A stretch of 62,740 bases of DNA, counting the filler, from Sphacelaria rigidula (Eukaryota): the NCBI GenBank assembly GCA_964200075.2. It is 11 parts of 11 records of this genome, joined end to end, with 100 filler letters (N's around TTAATTAATTAA, not from the genome) between each part and the next. Parts side by side here need not be neighbours in the genome. Positions count along the whole stretch, not along the records: positions 22,853 to 28,465 come from CAXNAA020025859.1; positions 28,566 to 34,178 come from CAXNAA020025860.1; positions 34,279 to 39,891 come from CAXNAA020025861.1; 8 more parts are not named here. One strand, 5' to 3'. Positions 24,581 through 37,146 of this stretch are shown here, one piece after another. Each line of letters begins with the position of its first letter. Positions within the stretch are counted from its first letter, which is position 1. Below the pieces are notes generated by a model. It saw nothing but the letters and a program-made list of their open reading frames with translations. It did not search any database and had not been told where the DNA came from. Made by a program: the position numbers and the translations under genes.

Positions 24581-27270
24581 GGGATTCTAGAAATCGAACC
24601 ATCAATGGATCAATCAACACGGGATTTTACAAATCAACCAACAAATCAATCAATCAGTTAACACGGGATTTTAATGTGAACACCGCCATGCACAATATCG
24701 AATACGTTACCATCGAGGTACTATGCATGTCCCGTCTTCTGCCCTGCCGGCAAGCGTATGATGAGCAAATGAAGAGACAAAGGTAACACCATTAGTTTAA
24801 CGTCTGACTGAAACCTGTATCATGCTCAAATATCTGTTTATGTACATATATGTATGGTCCGTCCAGATGTACATATATGTATGGTCCGTCCAGGACAAGT
24901 TGTCTATTTTGCCACACACACCAAACAGGGTACAATTTTTCTCGAGGTGGAGGTCATTATTCCAAAATCCAAAACCAACGTTAAATTACCTCGTCTCCGG
25001 GCGGAGAAATGTATCGAGTTTTTTTTCTTGTCTCTTTATGTCCAAAAATTGGAAAACCTTGTTCGCTTTTTCCTGGGGGATGCACTTTTCAGATAAATGT
25101 TCTGACACCGGCTTTGGACTGTTCTTGGATTTTGCCCGAGGGCGTTCTCGCAGATTTTGGAGAGTGCATTGATTCATCTCCCGAGAAATCGCGGCAAAAA
25201 AAATTCTGTCAAGGATAAAACCACACATATCGGGGTGATTTCAGGGTCTTTTCGGCCCAAAAGTTGCAATTTCCCCGGGGGGAAAACTCCGCGATGATCG
25301 ATGTAGCTCAATCTCCCGGTTACGAGCATTGTTGTTTCACTTAACAATTCGCTTTTTTTTTCTCAAAATTCTGTGACCAAAAAAAGACAAACAAAAAAAA
25401 TATCCTTCACGGACCGTATGTGTGTACAGTTCGTGCATTTTGACCCTGATCAATTACAAAGGTACACCTAATTTTCGAAGCATAACAAACCAATCAATCG
25501 AAAATGTAATGTCTCAATAATAGTGTTTTTCAACCCAGTTTATTTCATTGCATGCCGCGCTGTCTGAAACTCAATCCAAAATATTTCGCGTATTGCACTT
25601 CTTGCGGCGGCGGGTACAGAGATCAAGCGAGCACTGAGCGGGCGGTGCAAGCTCCGTCCGCTAAAATATTTCTTGTTCGTCATCAGGGCGGGCACCCCTA
25701 TGGTCACGGGCATTTCCGGGCAGAAAAGTGTCTGTTTTCAAATCTTGCGGGATCAACGGGTACTGCTATACCTGTGTATTCGGCGCCGCTCCTATCGCCG
25801 CGATCTTCCCGTATCTCCGCATGAGGGGGAAGGCGTACTCATGATACGGTATGCCGCAGTCATGCGACCATTGACCTCCCTTCCTGAGGGGGTGCCCGTA
25901 TTGAGACACCTTTGTCGTGTTATTGTGATAGTACAGCTGATTCTCCCAAGGTGTTCCCAGTTCCAGGTATCGATTGCAGGCACGCGAAAACAAAAGGGTG
26001 GCGAAAAGGGGTGAAGAGGTTGGCCACGGTGGCTTGCAGTGGCGGTGAGTCCATGATCAAAAAAAAGAGAGAGAGAGACCATATCCGCAGGACGCCCTGC
26101 GGATACGGCGGCTCGTATAATAGTCGCGACTTGCATTGCGTGTTAGCTCGTAGTTCCCGAGAAGTGTGCGTACCCGCAATCCTCACGCATCTTCTACTAC
26201 ACAAAGCCGAGCGTCGAACGACCGATAAGCGAACGACAAACCGTAGGAAAAGCTTCAAGCGACATCTGAGCGATAACGTTTTGGGACACGAGAACATATC
26301 ACTCCCAGCGCACGCTCATTTGTGGATGGGGGTGGGGGGTCCGGGCGAGGTGGTATGTATACATGGTATTCCGGTATTTCGAGTAGTATCTTGCTGACAA
26401 AAAAGCTACATGTAAAGCTGAACTGTCAGGCGCATAGATGGCCGAAAAAACGATTGTCTACTGTTCATGTTGTGGGTATCACCATATGAAGGAGGAAAAT
26501 TCGCGCAAGTGTCCGTCGAGGAATCACCTTTTCACACCTTGTATCTTTGTACACAAGGCAATCGTGGTTGGAAACAGAAGTACTGCGTCGCTTTGACCGC
26601 AATCGCCTACATCACGGTAACTTTGGATATGAACGCATCTATGTGTCTATCTATATATATATCGTATTATCAAGCGTTGTGTATCAAACAGTCTACATAC
26701 ATATTCTCCCCTTCCGGAAGTAGTTGTCGTCCCCCCTCCCGCCCGCCCTTCCTCGCCCCTTGCTCCTCCAATTGAAAAGTAGATATTAGTGTTTTTGTTG
26801 ACAATTTAGTCACTCGGACACCGAAAACTAGTGTCTCCTGCGCACACGGCAACCTATAGTTCCGCAATACATGAGCTGTTATGAATACAAGCTACATAAG
26901 TTGCTGGGGTAGGTGATGACTTAGAAAAGAGAATACAAAGCCCTGAACCGTAGATTCATATGTGAGGGGTCAGTCGCGACAGACAGGGAAATCAAGGGGT
27001 CTAAACATGGGCCGCCATACCCGAGTCGTCCATCGCTAGGTGACGAAGAGGAGGAAGGTCTGAAAGTAGGCGTTATGCATGCAGCTATCCTTCAGTAGTT
27101 CCACAGCCTAATAACCTTTTTAGCCTCCACGAATAGGCAACTGCACTGCGTATGGTAGTCATCTTGTAACTGAGCATGTAGCCGACTGAACAGATGGACA
27201 CCATGGGCTGTGCATGCATGCACATTTATTCGTAGGAATGGTGAATACACCCGCAGCCCCGACGACTCAC

Positions 27271-27451
27271 CCGGCCGCTGAAACTGTCTTTGGCGACCAC
27301 CCACCCTGGTCCCGGGTCCAGCTCAGTGAGAATAGATCCCCCTAGCACCCCCTGGGGACCAATGCCTAGTGTCATGGGGCTGCGGAAGGGTCCGAAGAAC
27401 GCGCCGTTGTTTGGCGGAGCAGCCACGTGCGGGAGCAGTTCCACGTGCCCC
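27271..27451 (-). CDS. Isolated internal exon of an unknown protein, possibly ending in the start of a WW domain
   Basis: GACAG| ... CGG|GTGAGT, single open frame: GHVELLPHVAAPPNNGAFFGPFRSPMTLGIGPQGVLGGSILTELDPGPGWVVAKDSFSGR. Confidence 0.55.
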
Positions 27452-29254
27452 CTGTCATAGATTAACTTGTTCGTGTGTTCATTATACCTGTTGCGGTAGT
27501 AGTAGTAGTAGTAGTAGCAGCAGTAGTACAGTAGTCAGAAATTATACCAAAACAAAACGTTAACAAATGCAAGTTATCGGGTTATCGTGAAAAAAAATGT
27601 GTATATGCAGACATAGTCACTATTTAGAAGTCGACCGTGGCTGACGGCCAAGCAGAAAACATTGTCTCCGAGTGTATTATGTATACGCAATATGCCGTCC
27701 GCATTTGCTCTCGGTATTTTAAGAAGGCGCTAGTATAAGGCTACTTTCTGTTAGTGCTGGTCCTCCTCGACGTAGTAGCACGTTGAAATTGAGAGGGTGT
27801 GGGGTGGTGGGAGAATGGGAGCGAGGTGGGGGACGAAAAACGTGTGTGTATAGATGGTGATGATGGATTCTTCGATGGACCCAGCTCTTACTTGTATTCT
27901 TGCTCTAACCGTTATATTCGTTTTAATTTTTAATTTTTAATTCTATTTTGTCTTGTGTTGCGTTGTGATTGTATTTCATCGTTGGTGATGCTACTCTTGC
28001 CCTCGTCAAGCTTCGCACTGTGAAATTCTTTTGCGTACTTGTTTGTTGTTTTCGTCTATAGCTCATGCGATGTGAGTATGTATGTACGTTTGGAGTGCAA
28101 GTCAGAGACAACTTATGTTTTCTATCGGAAGACTACCTGAAGCTAGCAAGTGTACACTGCAACAGTACACGACTTCAAGTCTCTCCTGACAAGATTTGTA
28201 GAAGCTCATATCATCGAGATTTTCTCCTACCAATTCCGAGCCTGCCATACGTAGTCAGAAGGCGGTATGTAAACGCATGTATAGTCCTACCTGCTGGATA
28301 CACGAGTCAACTTCTGGGGGGGAGGTGTACTCATGATCATGCTTGCCATAGTCATCAGACCATTGATCAACTTCTGGGGGGGGGGGGGGATGGAAACGAA
28401 AGTAGAAAGTAGGGGGTGAATACATAGAAATAGGCGGGGGGCGCGTTAACTTTGGGCATAGTAGGNNNNNNNNNNNNNNNNNNNNNNNNNNNNNNNNNNN
28501 NNNNNNNNNTTAATTAATTAANNNNNNNNNNNNNNNNNNNNNNNNNNNNNNNNNNNNNNNNNNNNGGGGTAGGGCGTGTTCCAATATCATCGCCATGTAG
28601 CAACACGCTTACGGGTGGTAAACACCGTACGGTGCAGACAGGGGCGCTGGTGCGAAGGGCATTCAAAGCCACGCCACCGTGGTGCGTAGCACTTAGATAC
28701 TGTAGTAGGAGTTAATCACCGCACAAGCCGAGTGTTGTACTCTTCCAGGGATCTCTGCCTTAGCTGACCTATACCCGGTGACGGCGGTTCGGGTCTACGA
28801 CCGGGGAAGGTACCAACTGTATCACGGGTGATAAACACCGTATGGCTTGCACGAGCAGGGGTAGGTGGGATGAGAAGTAACCCAGCTACCGCACGGGCGT
28901 GGTACGAAGTAGATTGAGAGTAGATATCACAGACACTCCGTACTAGCCAAATTGCTGCGTTTTTCCTTGAGCCGCTGCCGTCAGCCAGCCCAACCCGCGT
29001 AGTGACAGTGTATTGTGGATCTCGCGCCGGCCAGCCCCCGACTCACGGGTGCTGTTCAATTGACGTCTTTTGGATTTGCAATTTTTTCCCAACGGTAGAT
29101 CCAGCGTCCGTTTTAGGGGGATCGGCAGGTAAGGGATTGTGGGTTTCTGTGGAAATCCGGGGTCAGTACCAGCGGGCAGAACCAACAAACTTCTATGTTT
29201 CTGATGCATGATTCACCACAGCACCTGTGAGCTACGATGGTGCGTTAGCTGCTT

Positions 29255-29312
29255 ATGGACTTAAATAGAGTCAAGGCTGACGTCCCCACCGAGGCAGAGA
29301 GGGAAGCACAGG
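29255..29312 (+). CDS. Putative initial exon that splices in phase to the LRR exon
   Basis: ATG GAC TTA...CAG G|GTGAGC encodes MDLNRVKADVPTEAEREAQ(G), with a phase-1 donor. Confidence 0.4.
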
Positions 29313-29631
29313 GTGAGCTTTCGTAGATAGGGGGAGCCTTGTCGAGGGTTACAACGCTCAGTTACATTTAGATCTTCTCGTTCACTCTTACACCGAGGTT
29401 CATGCTGGCTCGAATGCATGAATACGACTACTTGCTACTTCTGATTACGAGAGCTCTGAGAAGCTCATCTCGCTATTCGCCGGGTGGCGAGGAGTGTCGG
29501 CGTCCCTAAGCTTGAATCCCCGCTGACTAGATTCTACATTCGCCGGAGATAACTGTGGAGCGATTGCTACGAGTACTGTACGTGGACAGCTGAACGCAGC
29601 TCTATGCGTGACTCGCCTCCTTGATGTGCAG

Positions 29632-29703
29632 GCCCACTACTGGCAAAGCTTGCCCAGCTCGATGCACTGGAGGAGCTAAACGTGTCTTGGAACGAGCTAA
29701 CAG
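29632..29703 (+). CDS. 72-nt single-LRR exon (brown algal ROCO/LRR type)
   Basis: GTGCAG| 72 nt |GTGAAT, symmetric phase. (G)PLLAKLAQLDALEELNVSWNELT(G) fits the 24-aa GxIPxELGxLxxLxxLxLxxNxLT repeat. Confidence 0.85.
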
Positions 29704-31114
29704 GTGAATGTCGAGACAGAGTAGCTATTATATCCTCTCTCCAGAAATAAGGTAGATGTACTTGCAATACTTGGAATTGCGATCGTGGGGATTGCAAGGT
29801 TTCGCACACGTGTGTGTTGCAGAGACAAGAGGCATGGACGTCTTTAACGCTTGTGTAATTTTATTGATGTATGATCGCACAAAGCGCGAAAACTGCTCCG
29901 ACTCGACCAACCTCCACTAATGATGTCTGCATCACTATATTCGTTCGTTTCCATCTCGAGTGAGATAATGTGTGAAATTTCTGACACGTACTTCGTGAGC
30001 GGTGGGGAGGCAGCCCTGGTGAAGAAACCGTGGGTTGCCTTGTCAGACTGGCTGATGCCCGAAGTGAATGCGGTTCCGGTCTGGATGTTGTATTTTCGAT
30101 GTTTTCTCCTTTTTTTTGCCACGATATTTTTTATTTTGGCGAGAACCACAAATCACCAGCGATCTAAATCTTCGCATGGTGTGCTGACGGTGAGTTGTAA
30201 GGTGTTCGCGATGTGGGTGCATCGAGTTCGGCGGCTCATTTATGGAAGCCCTTTCCGATGCTGTTGTTGGACAACAATAATCACCGAGTCCAATCCCAAT
30301 ACATGGTGTGGTAAACTTGTTTCGAATTTTCACTGCCAACCCTTCCAGCGCCGAGTTCCACTTCGGCGCAAGGTTCTCGGTTGAGAGCTCTGCAGGATAA
30401 TTATGGTGAAGGTTTTTTCTGCGGCTGCTGGATTGCTTCGGAAGCAATGCTAATGCTGTATAAAGATGCTCGCAGATGGACCCACGGCGCCGAAGTGGGA
30501 ATTGGGCTCAGTGCCCTCATTTTTCGGCGCATGTCTCGCATCAGATTCGGCCAGCCTTCATGAGCCAGTGCGAGTGCAGCCTCGGGTTTTTGTGCAAGCG
30601 CCCGACTTCGCAGAAACCGTACATGCATGTGCAACAGTGGATTCTATCGCGTGGTGTGTGGGCTGATGGGTCGTGAACGTAAAGTACCACTCCAGTCATG
30701 ATATTTATATGAAACACGAATCGCAGCTGAACGTGTCCAATACCCAGCAACCACACAACAAATTTAAGAGACGAAACATTAGTTGATGGAATCTTGTGAG
30801 CAGTACCGTCCTCCCCTGGAATAGGCGTAGAGTACACGACATACGTGAAACCCTGATCAAGATTCGATCAAGCAACTGACAAAAATACGGGTGATGTTCT
30901 CTCCCACGCGATGCTTGCTGTGTGCTTCATGCGAGTCATCATCTGGCTTACATATTATTCTTGTATATTATCGAGTTTGAGATGTTATTCGTGTTTATCA
31001 AAGCTTTATTAAATTGTGATTACTTGAGCGTCTAATGTGAAACGATGACGCGGCAGATATCAATCTGCCTTTTCACGTGCTGGTTCGAATCCAGTCAGCT
31101 GTAGGTATCTGTTT

Positions 31115-31468
31115 TGTGATGTGTGTTGTCGTCCCATCTATCCTGGACGCCAGTCTCTTTCGGTATAGGTGGGCGCACCAGCCGGGGTCACACAGGAGGA
31201 AAGCCAGCACAGGAGTTGTTTATTTTTCGTTTATTTTCATTCTCCACCTTCCTTCTGCGATGCATGTCTTTACTTTTATCGCAAGAGGGGTTCAGCAGTC
31301 CCTTTCCCTCGTCGACCATTAAGTCGAATTTTGTGTACCTATGATATAGTCGCTCCCCACTGTTGGGCACTGTGTGAGGAAACATCCCAGATCGCTCCGA
31401 GATTGAAACCCACGACCTAACTGTCAAAATATTTCGAGGTTACTTGCTGAGCCACAGGGGCTACCGAC
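31115..31468 (-). mobile_element. Full-length tRNA-SINE family A
   Basis: Minus-strand head GTCGGTAGCCCCTGTGGCTCAGCAAGTAACC...GGTCGTGGGTTTCAATCTC. Body and (CA) tail as at 36528. Confidence 0.85.
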
Positions 31469-31586
31469 CATGTATATATCATATGATTCAAGCACACACT
31501 ATTTAAAAGCAGTAGGTGACCATGGGGGCACAACTGTCCATTGCATAAAGTTGAAAGAAAATTCACCGCTCATCAGGGTGATGTTA

Positions 31587-31650
31587 TAATTGCACCTCTA
31601 CAAACTCTAATTGCACCTCTACAAACTCTAATTGCACCTCTACAAACTCT
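31587..31650. repeat. 21-bp tandem repeat x3 (TAATTGCACCTCTACAAACTC)
   Basis: Directly visible. Confidence 0.9.
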
Positions 31651-32654
31651 CTATCAGGAGTCCCAGGTTTTGGGGGATTTCCGGGGATCACATGCCGTCC
31701 TGGGACCCCCGACAACCGGCGAAATAAAAACGAATGAAGTGCTCCGTTTTTTAAACGTCTCATGACCCGACGTATAGATTTGCAAATGTTCCGAGTCTAG
31801 CTCCAAAACTCGGCGTGTGGTGTTGCGGAAGAGTATGCTCAAGGGTACCGTGCCCGGCACGACCTCTTAACTAGTTGAGTTCAGTATGGAACGACTTTTT
31901 CGACATGAAAATGACGCCGTTGTGTCAGTTTGTCGAGTTTCGCAACGAACCGCCGAACAAATGTTTCACGGAGTACCCCGAGATGACTACATGTTTTGTT
32001 ATTTAGGTATTCTATATCGATTTCCGGGGGTCCAGGCGTGGACACCCGGAAGACTGTACGGAGAGGATAAACTTTGAAATAGTTTTCAACAAGGTTGTTG
32101 TCCTTCTGGAGCACCAATTTCCACCGAATTGCCAACATCGAGGGTGATCTGAGGTTTTCTACGGTAGATGGATACCGTCCGGAGACTTTCTCGGTCTCTA
32201 GTATATATTAGTGGAAATCCCACGACGCAAATCCCCACATTACCAAAATACCGCGGTTTGGGGTATAACTTGATACCATTCACACGTCGAACAGGTGAGC
32301 TTGAGACAGATACGGGTCAGCTTATTTGGATCATAGATCGTGATCTGTCCGCGGTGTGCTGTCACCGGTGCACGTTTGTCCGGTGGTGATCTGTAGGATC
32401 CGGTTGACCCGTACATATTTGCCGACCAATAATCTGTAGGACCCGCTTCAAGCACACTCTTTCGAGCACAACTGATCTGCAGAACTGTGTCATTTGTACA
32501 CCATCACATAGTTGTCGTTTAAATAACTTGGCTCAGGCACATGCAGCAGCTTGTCGTCGACCCGCGCGACTTTAATCTGATGTATACCAACAGCTAGCCC
32601 TGACCCGTGGTATCCGAATCTGGTATACAAGAAAGATCGAGTATACAAGAAGAC

Positions 32655-33075
32655 AGTATTCAGTATTATTTACCTGCTTACCTGTATGGCCCGGGTACTA
32701 TGCATGTTCACAAGTCCGTAGATTGACAGCCGGCACATGGAACATGAAGCACGTACACGAATGTATATTTTTGCCGAATCGTTCCACTATAGGGGTGCAC
32801 GTTTTTTCTCAAGCTGCGCACTGTGTGAGCATCACTTAACCCTTAGACCGCGAGGTTAGTCTTCTGTTGAATCGGCATCAATTTCAAGTGAAAAGAAGTA
32901 TGCATGGTCCAGAAAGACTAATCTCGCGATCTAAGGGTTATGTTTATAATTCACAGTATGCAGTATTCCTCACCCGCTGGACTTTATGGCCCGGGCACAA
33001 TGTGCATGTTCACAAATCCGTAGGTTGTAGGTTGGCTGTTTGTAGTAGCCCAGCATATGGGACATGAAGTACGTC
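32655..33075 (+). repeat. Local direct duplication of about 110 bp (about 32655-32755 and 32954-33075)
   Basis: CAGTAT..CAGTATT..TATGGCCCGGG..TGCATGTTCACAA.TCCGTAG..ACATGAAG.ACGT occurs twice. Confidence 0.7.
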
Positions 33076-33109
33076 AATTTATTGGCACTTATCATAACAC
33101 GTCACAATT

Positions 33110-33283
33110 TTGTGACATGCGAAACGTTAGGCGTCAGGTCAGGCTAGCACGACGGTGGGGGACCACGCGGGCAGCCCTGATTTGACAACTTTCACCCCGT
33201 GTGCTCACTTTGAACAGGGCTCCCCACGTGGTCCCCCACCGAAGTACTAGCCTAGCCCGACGCTTAACTTTTCGGATGTAACA
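33110..33283. mobile_element. Palindromic MITE related to 14182-14412
   Basis: About 70-bp arms: AGGCTAGCACGACGGTGGGGGACCACG..GCCCTG and CAGGGC..CGTGGTCCCCCACCGAAGTACTAGCCT. Confidence 0.75.
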
Positions 33284-35035
33284 GAACTCTCACATGCTGA
33301 GGTGTGTTCACCTTGACGACAACGCGCTCTGCGCACGCAAGGGGCAGTTTGGGCTGTCAACCACTATTAAGTTCCATATCGGTGTTTACACTCAGATCAA
33401 GTAATGCATCTCCGAGTAGATTCTAATCGACTAAGCGGTAAACACTACTGGGCATGCTACGATAAGCGCCCTTAATATATTTCGAGTGCTTCCACGCGCA
33501 CATTTTTTTCCGAAGCTGTTCACTCACAAGAAACTTTGATCTGATCGCATGCTCAACACATTGTACATCTGTGACGAAGCGGGACGGGTCATGAGCCTAA
33601 AGAGCGAGGTCATCTCGCAAAACGCCCACCGTTTTGCTGATAGCAACACCCACTCAGTTCACACCGAAATACCAACTACAGCAGTGGCCTCTGAGCACTA
33701 GCATTGACTACCGCCACTTTTTAAAGCAACAATGTCAGCAACAGTATACAGTAGGAGGCCCGCCCAACGTCCTTGCAGTTGAACTTCTTCACTCCGGTAG
33801 CAGTAGCAGCAGTAGTGAGGAATGGTGATTGTGATTTGCGTAGGTGACATGTATGTTCAGTTGTGCCAGCGGCAGTAAGAACGACCGTTTCTTATTTCCT
33901 CATTCAGGGTGCACATTCATGCGCAGCGGGAATAAAAAAGAAAGAACGCACGGCTATACTGACTCATAATGACGTTGTTCGGCCAGCTCTGACGAAACCT
34001 TCCGGAGAAGAGTCATCGACTTGTACATTGCCGGCGTTGATGAAGCACGGGTACCTCCCGCAAGCCTACTCGACGATCAGCCGTATGACCTTTGTGATGT
34101 TTCATTGATCTGTATCCATGTGACCCGTTTAACCTATACTTTCACTGTCCCATAAGTAAAGTCCGTTATGTTTATACGNNNNNNNNNNNNNNNNNNNNNN
34201 NNNNNNNNNNNNNNNNNNNNNNTTAATTAATTAANNNNNNNNNNNNNNNNNNNNNNNNNNNNNNNNNNNNNNNNNNNNCGAGATACAAGGGCAAGTGCAA
34301 GCACGATTAAGCGATAGTGGTGGGGTGTGGAGTAATAAGCCTGAGGTGTGCGAGTTACGGGATACGGGCGTCGCGACTATCAGCGTTCGAACCGTTGCCG
34401 TAGCTCGTGCGTCCCGAGTGTTTGTGAAGTTTCTGGTTTGTTTTTTTGGTTTGCAGTTCTCACGGCTCAATATGCCGTCGTCAGGAGGAGCGTCATGCAC
34501 CGTGGTTCACCTCGACGCTAGTTTTAACCCCCCGCAACGTTTCACTCCCAACTACCAATTCATCAGCAGTAACTCATGAGAAGTTGATCCCGCATGTAGA
34601 GGCCTTGTCGCGCGTGATGCATCACCTCGTAATTTGTACCCGCACTGACACAAACATCGTGCGAGTGATTTTTGCGATATTTTCTGCCTCGCCGTGTAAA
34701 ACTTTGATAAGAGCCCTGCAAAAAGATCCAGGACCGTGTATCAGCCAACCAACGCACTCTCGATTCCAAGGAAGTGTGACGAGGAGGCTAGAGTCGGCAC
34801 GTTACACACCTCGTGTCAAAACACATGTGCGATTAGTGTGCAGTCGCCAACAACACATGCAGCAAAAGTCTTTAAAACCATGACGTCGGGAACACGACTG
34901 TCTTTGTAGCGGATCAGTGCAGCGGCAATCATATCGAATTCAATCCATCAAGTCCAGGATATGCCGTGAGTTACACCACTTGAAGCACAAATGCAAGCGT
35001 ATATGCACGTGTGCTTTTTGTACAGGATAGCTTAC

Positions 35036-35125
35036 CTGCACCACAGCAGGATGTCTCAAGTACTTCTTCGCCATTTTCTCCACTGCTGGAGGCATAGTGG
35101 CGCTGAACATAGCGGTCACTCGTAC
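35036..35125 (-). CDS. PRP28: DEAD-box RNA helicase PRP28/DDX23 exon (motif III SAT)
   Basis: CCAG|...CAG|GTAAG, 90 nt, encodes [30 protein letters not shown]. In phase with the 37011-37146 exon. Confidence 0.9.
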
Positions 35126-36527
35126 CTGGTTTACCGAAACGCAGTATCAACAGTAACATCAACAAACCGGAAAATAACATTGGAAAATGACGACCTACCA
35201 CGTCAGGCAACATAACACAACAGCACTACTGCAGGAAAAAAAAGAAGACAGAAACATAACATACAGCAGTAGATTGACACTTATTTTCCCCCACAAAAAA
35301 AGAGGTGAAGCAAGAGGGTAGAGCGGGAAAACATCAAACATGAGAGTGGTGCACGTAGGCTACACCTGTCAAGTGTGGCGCACGAGGGGTTGACCGTTTG
35401 ACGGCGAAGCAGTCCATTTTGAGCACATGTATGTCAATGGACCGCAGTACTTCTTTGTACCGCTCAGTACATATCCCGAGCTCTGCGATGCCGAAGGGCT
35501 GCAGCATGTCCCAGCAACCAGCCTACAGCAACCCAGCACCATGCATGATATCGTCTTTTTCTACTCTGTGTTTCCAAAGAACAGGGTTTCGCGTCTGTAC
35601 GATGGAAAATAACACGCAGGCTTGTTCCATCAACAGGTGCAAGAATTACTTCATCGCTTCTTCCCTCGCTGTGTGCTGCTGCCCGTCCACATGACCGTCG
35701 CATTCAAAAGCAAACCAGGCGTCAGAGTTGGCGTGACATGGTACTCGACACATCACAAGTACCAATACACCGCTCAGAACTGTCAAACATGGGAATCATC
35801 TAACATCCGATACCTTCAGCACGAAAAATGACCTGATACGACCGGTATTGGGATATATACTGCAACACACGCATAAATCAATACATGCAGCAATATACCG
35901 CAAAGCCTATCAAACTTTTCGATTTTTTTCAGTGTTTCTTTACGATAAATTTCTTCAATGATAATACAACTATTAGAGGTGGGTATGGTTGGGGTTGAAT
36001 TATTATTTCTCGTTGGGTGTGGTTGAATTATTATTTTTTGGAAAAAGGGGACACAATATAGTCATATCCTAAACACGCCCACCACAATCGGGTTGCTGTT
36101 CCCCTCGCATGGTTGCGGGAATTCTTCGATGGAACGGATGTTCCATAAACCCAGGTCGTTGCCTATTCCGTCACCAAAGTAGTGCCATACTCTAACGAGA
36201 CGGACGGCTCACCAGAGCTGCACCGTACTCACCATCGCGCGTGTCTTCAAGCTCGGCACACAACAACCAAAACACGACCTCGTCCTAGTGGTTCACACCC
36301 CATCACCCACAAAACCCATCACCCCCACGGTCGAAGGTGCTCGTCTGGTATATCGATACACGAATACGGGCTCATGTCTGATGACCATCACTTCTGTGCT
36401 ACATAATATACATGGTGGGTGGGACATTCAACAAGACAAATACATCCTGGCGCACAGCCTACAATTACTGTCATATTCCTCGTCTCATTACTCTTCGTCT
36501 TTTGATCCGTGTACAGGGTTTGATAAA

Positions 36528-36890
36528 GCCGGTCGCCCCGGTGGCTCAGTTGGTTACCCCGAAACCTTCTGACGGTTGGGTCGTGGGTTCACATCTCGGA
36601 GCGATCTGGGATTTTTTCTCACCCAACGCCCAACAGTGGAGAGGGACTGACTCTGTCGTGAGTACAAAAAATTCGACTCAATAGTCGATGAGGGGAAGGG
36701 ACTGCTGGACTTCTTTCGCGAGAAAAGATAATGGCAACCACCGCAGAAGGAAGGTAGATAACAATATACGAAATAAAAAAAAATCCTGTGTTAGCCTTCT
36801 TCCTGTGTGACCCCGGCTGGTGTGCCCACATATACCGAAATGTGTAGACCGGCTCTCAGAATAGATGGGACGAGAACACAGACACAAACA
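36528..36890 (+). mobile_element. Full-length tRNA-SINE family A (in a PRP28 intron)
   Basis: GCCGGTCGCCCCGGTGGCTCAGTTGG (A box)...GGGTTCACATCTC (B box-like), 3' GATGGGACGAGAACACAGACAC tail. Five copies in the window. Confidence 0.85.
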
Positions 36891-37010
36891 AGGTATCGCT
36901 CATGTCAATTTCCAGTACCCACATGATGGATCACCCCCACAAGAAAGTCCGACGCTAAACCAAAGACATATTATTAGTCATGTGATGGGCAATCGCGACT
37001 TTTGACTCAC

Positions 37011-37146
37011 CAAGTCTTGGCAAGTCCTCGCCGCCTTGGCCTTCTTCTCTTGCTGATACGCCTCCTGCTCATCGTCGGCCTTGAGAGTGCCCCCCATGGC
37101 TTCCAGCACCGCCAGTACTTGCTCCTCGAAACCCATATCGATCATC
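37011..37146 (-). CDS. PRP28: PRP28/DDX23 exon immediately after the DEAD motif
   Basis: CCAG|G ATG ATC GAT ATG GGT TTC...TTG|GTGAGT encodes RMIDMGFEEQVLAVLEAMGGTLKADDEQEAYQQEKKAKAARTCQDL. RMIDMGFE plus a charged insertion before motif III is characteristic of Prp28. Confidence 0.9.

Noticed and set aside
31030..31102. tRNA gene around a perfect B box GGTTCGAATCC
   Set aside because: Only a T-arm-like piece pairs; there is no convincing A box or acceptor stem. At most a tRNA-derived relic.
30040..32460. Further ROCO exons or an intact gene downstream of the LRR exon
   Set aside because: No LRR or ROC motifs were found. There are only faint, stop-ridden retroelement-like words (e.g. CSHLGVLR), too weak to annotate.
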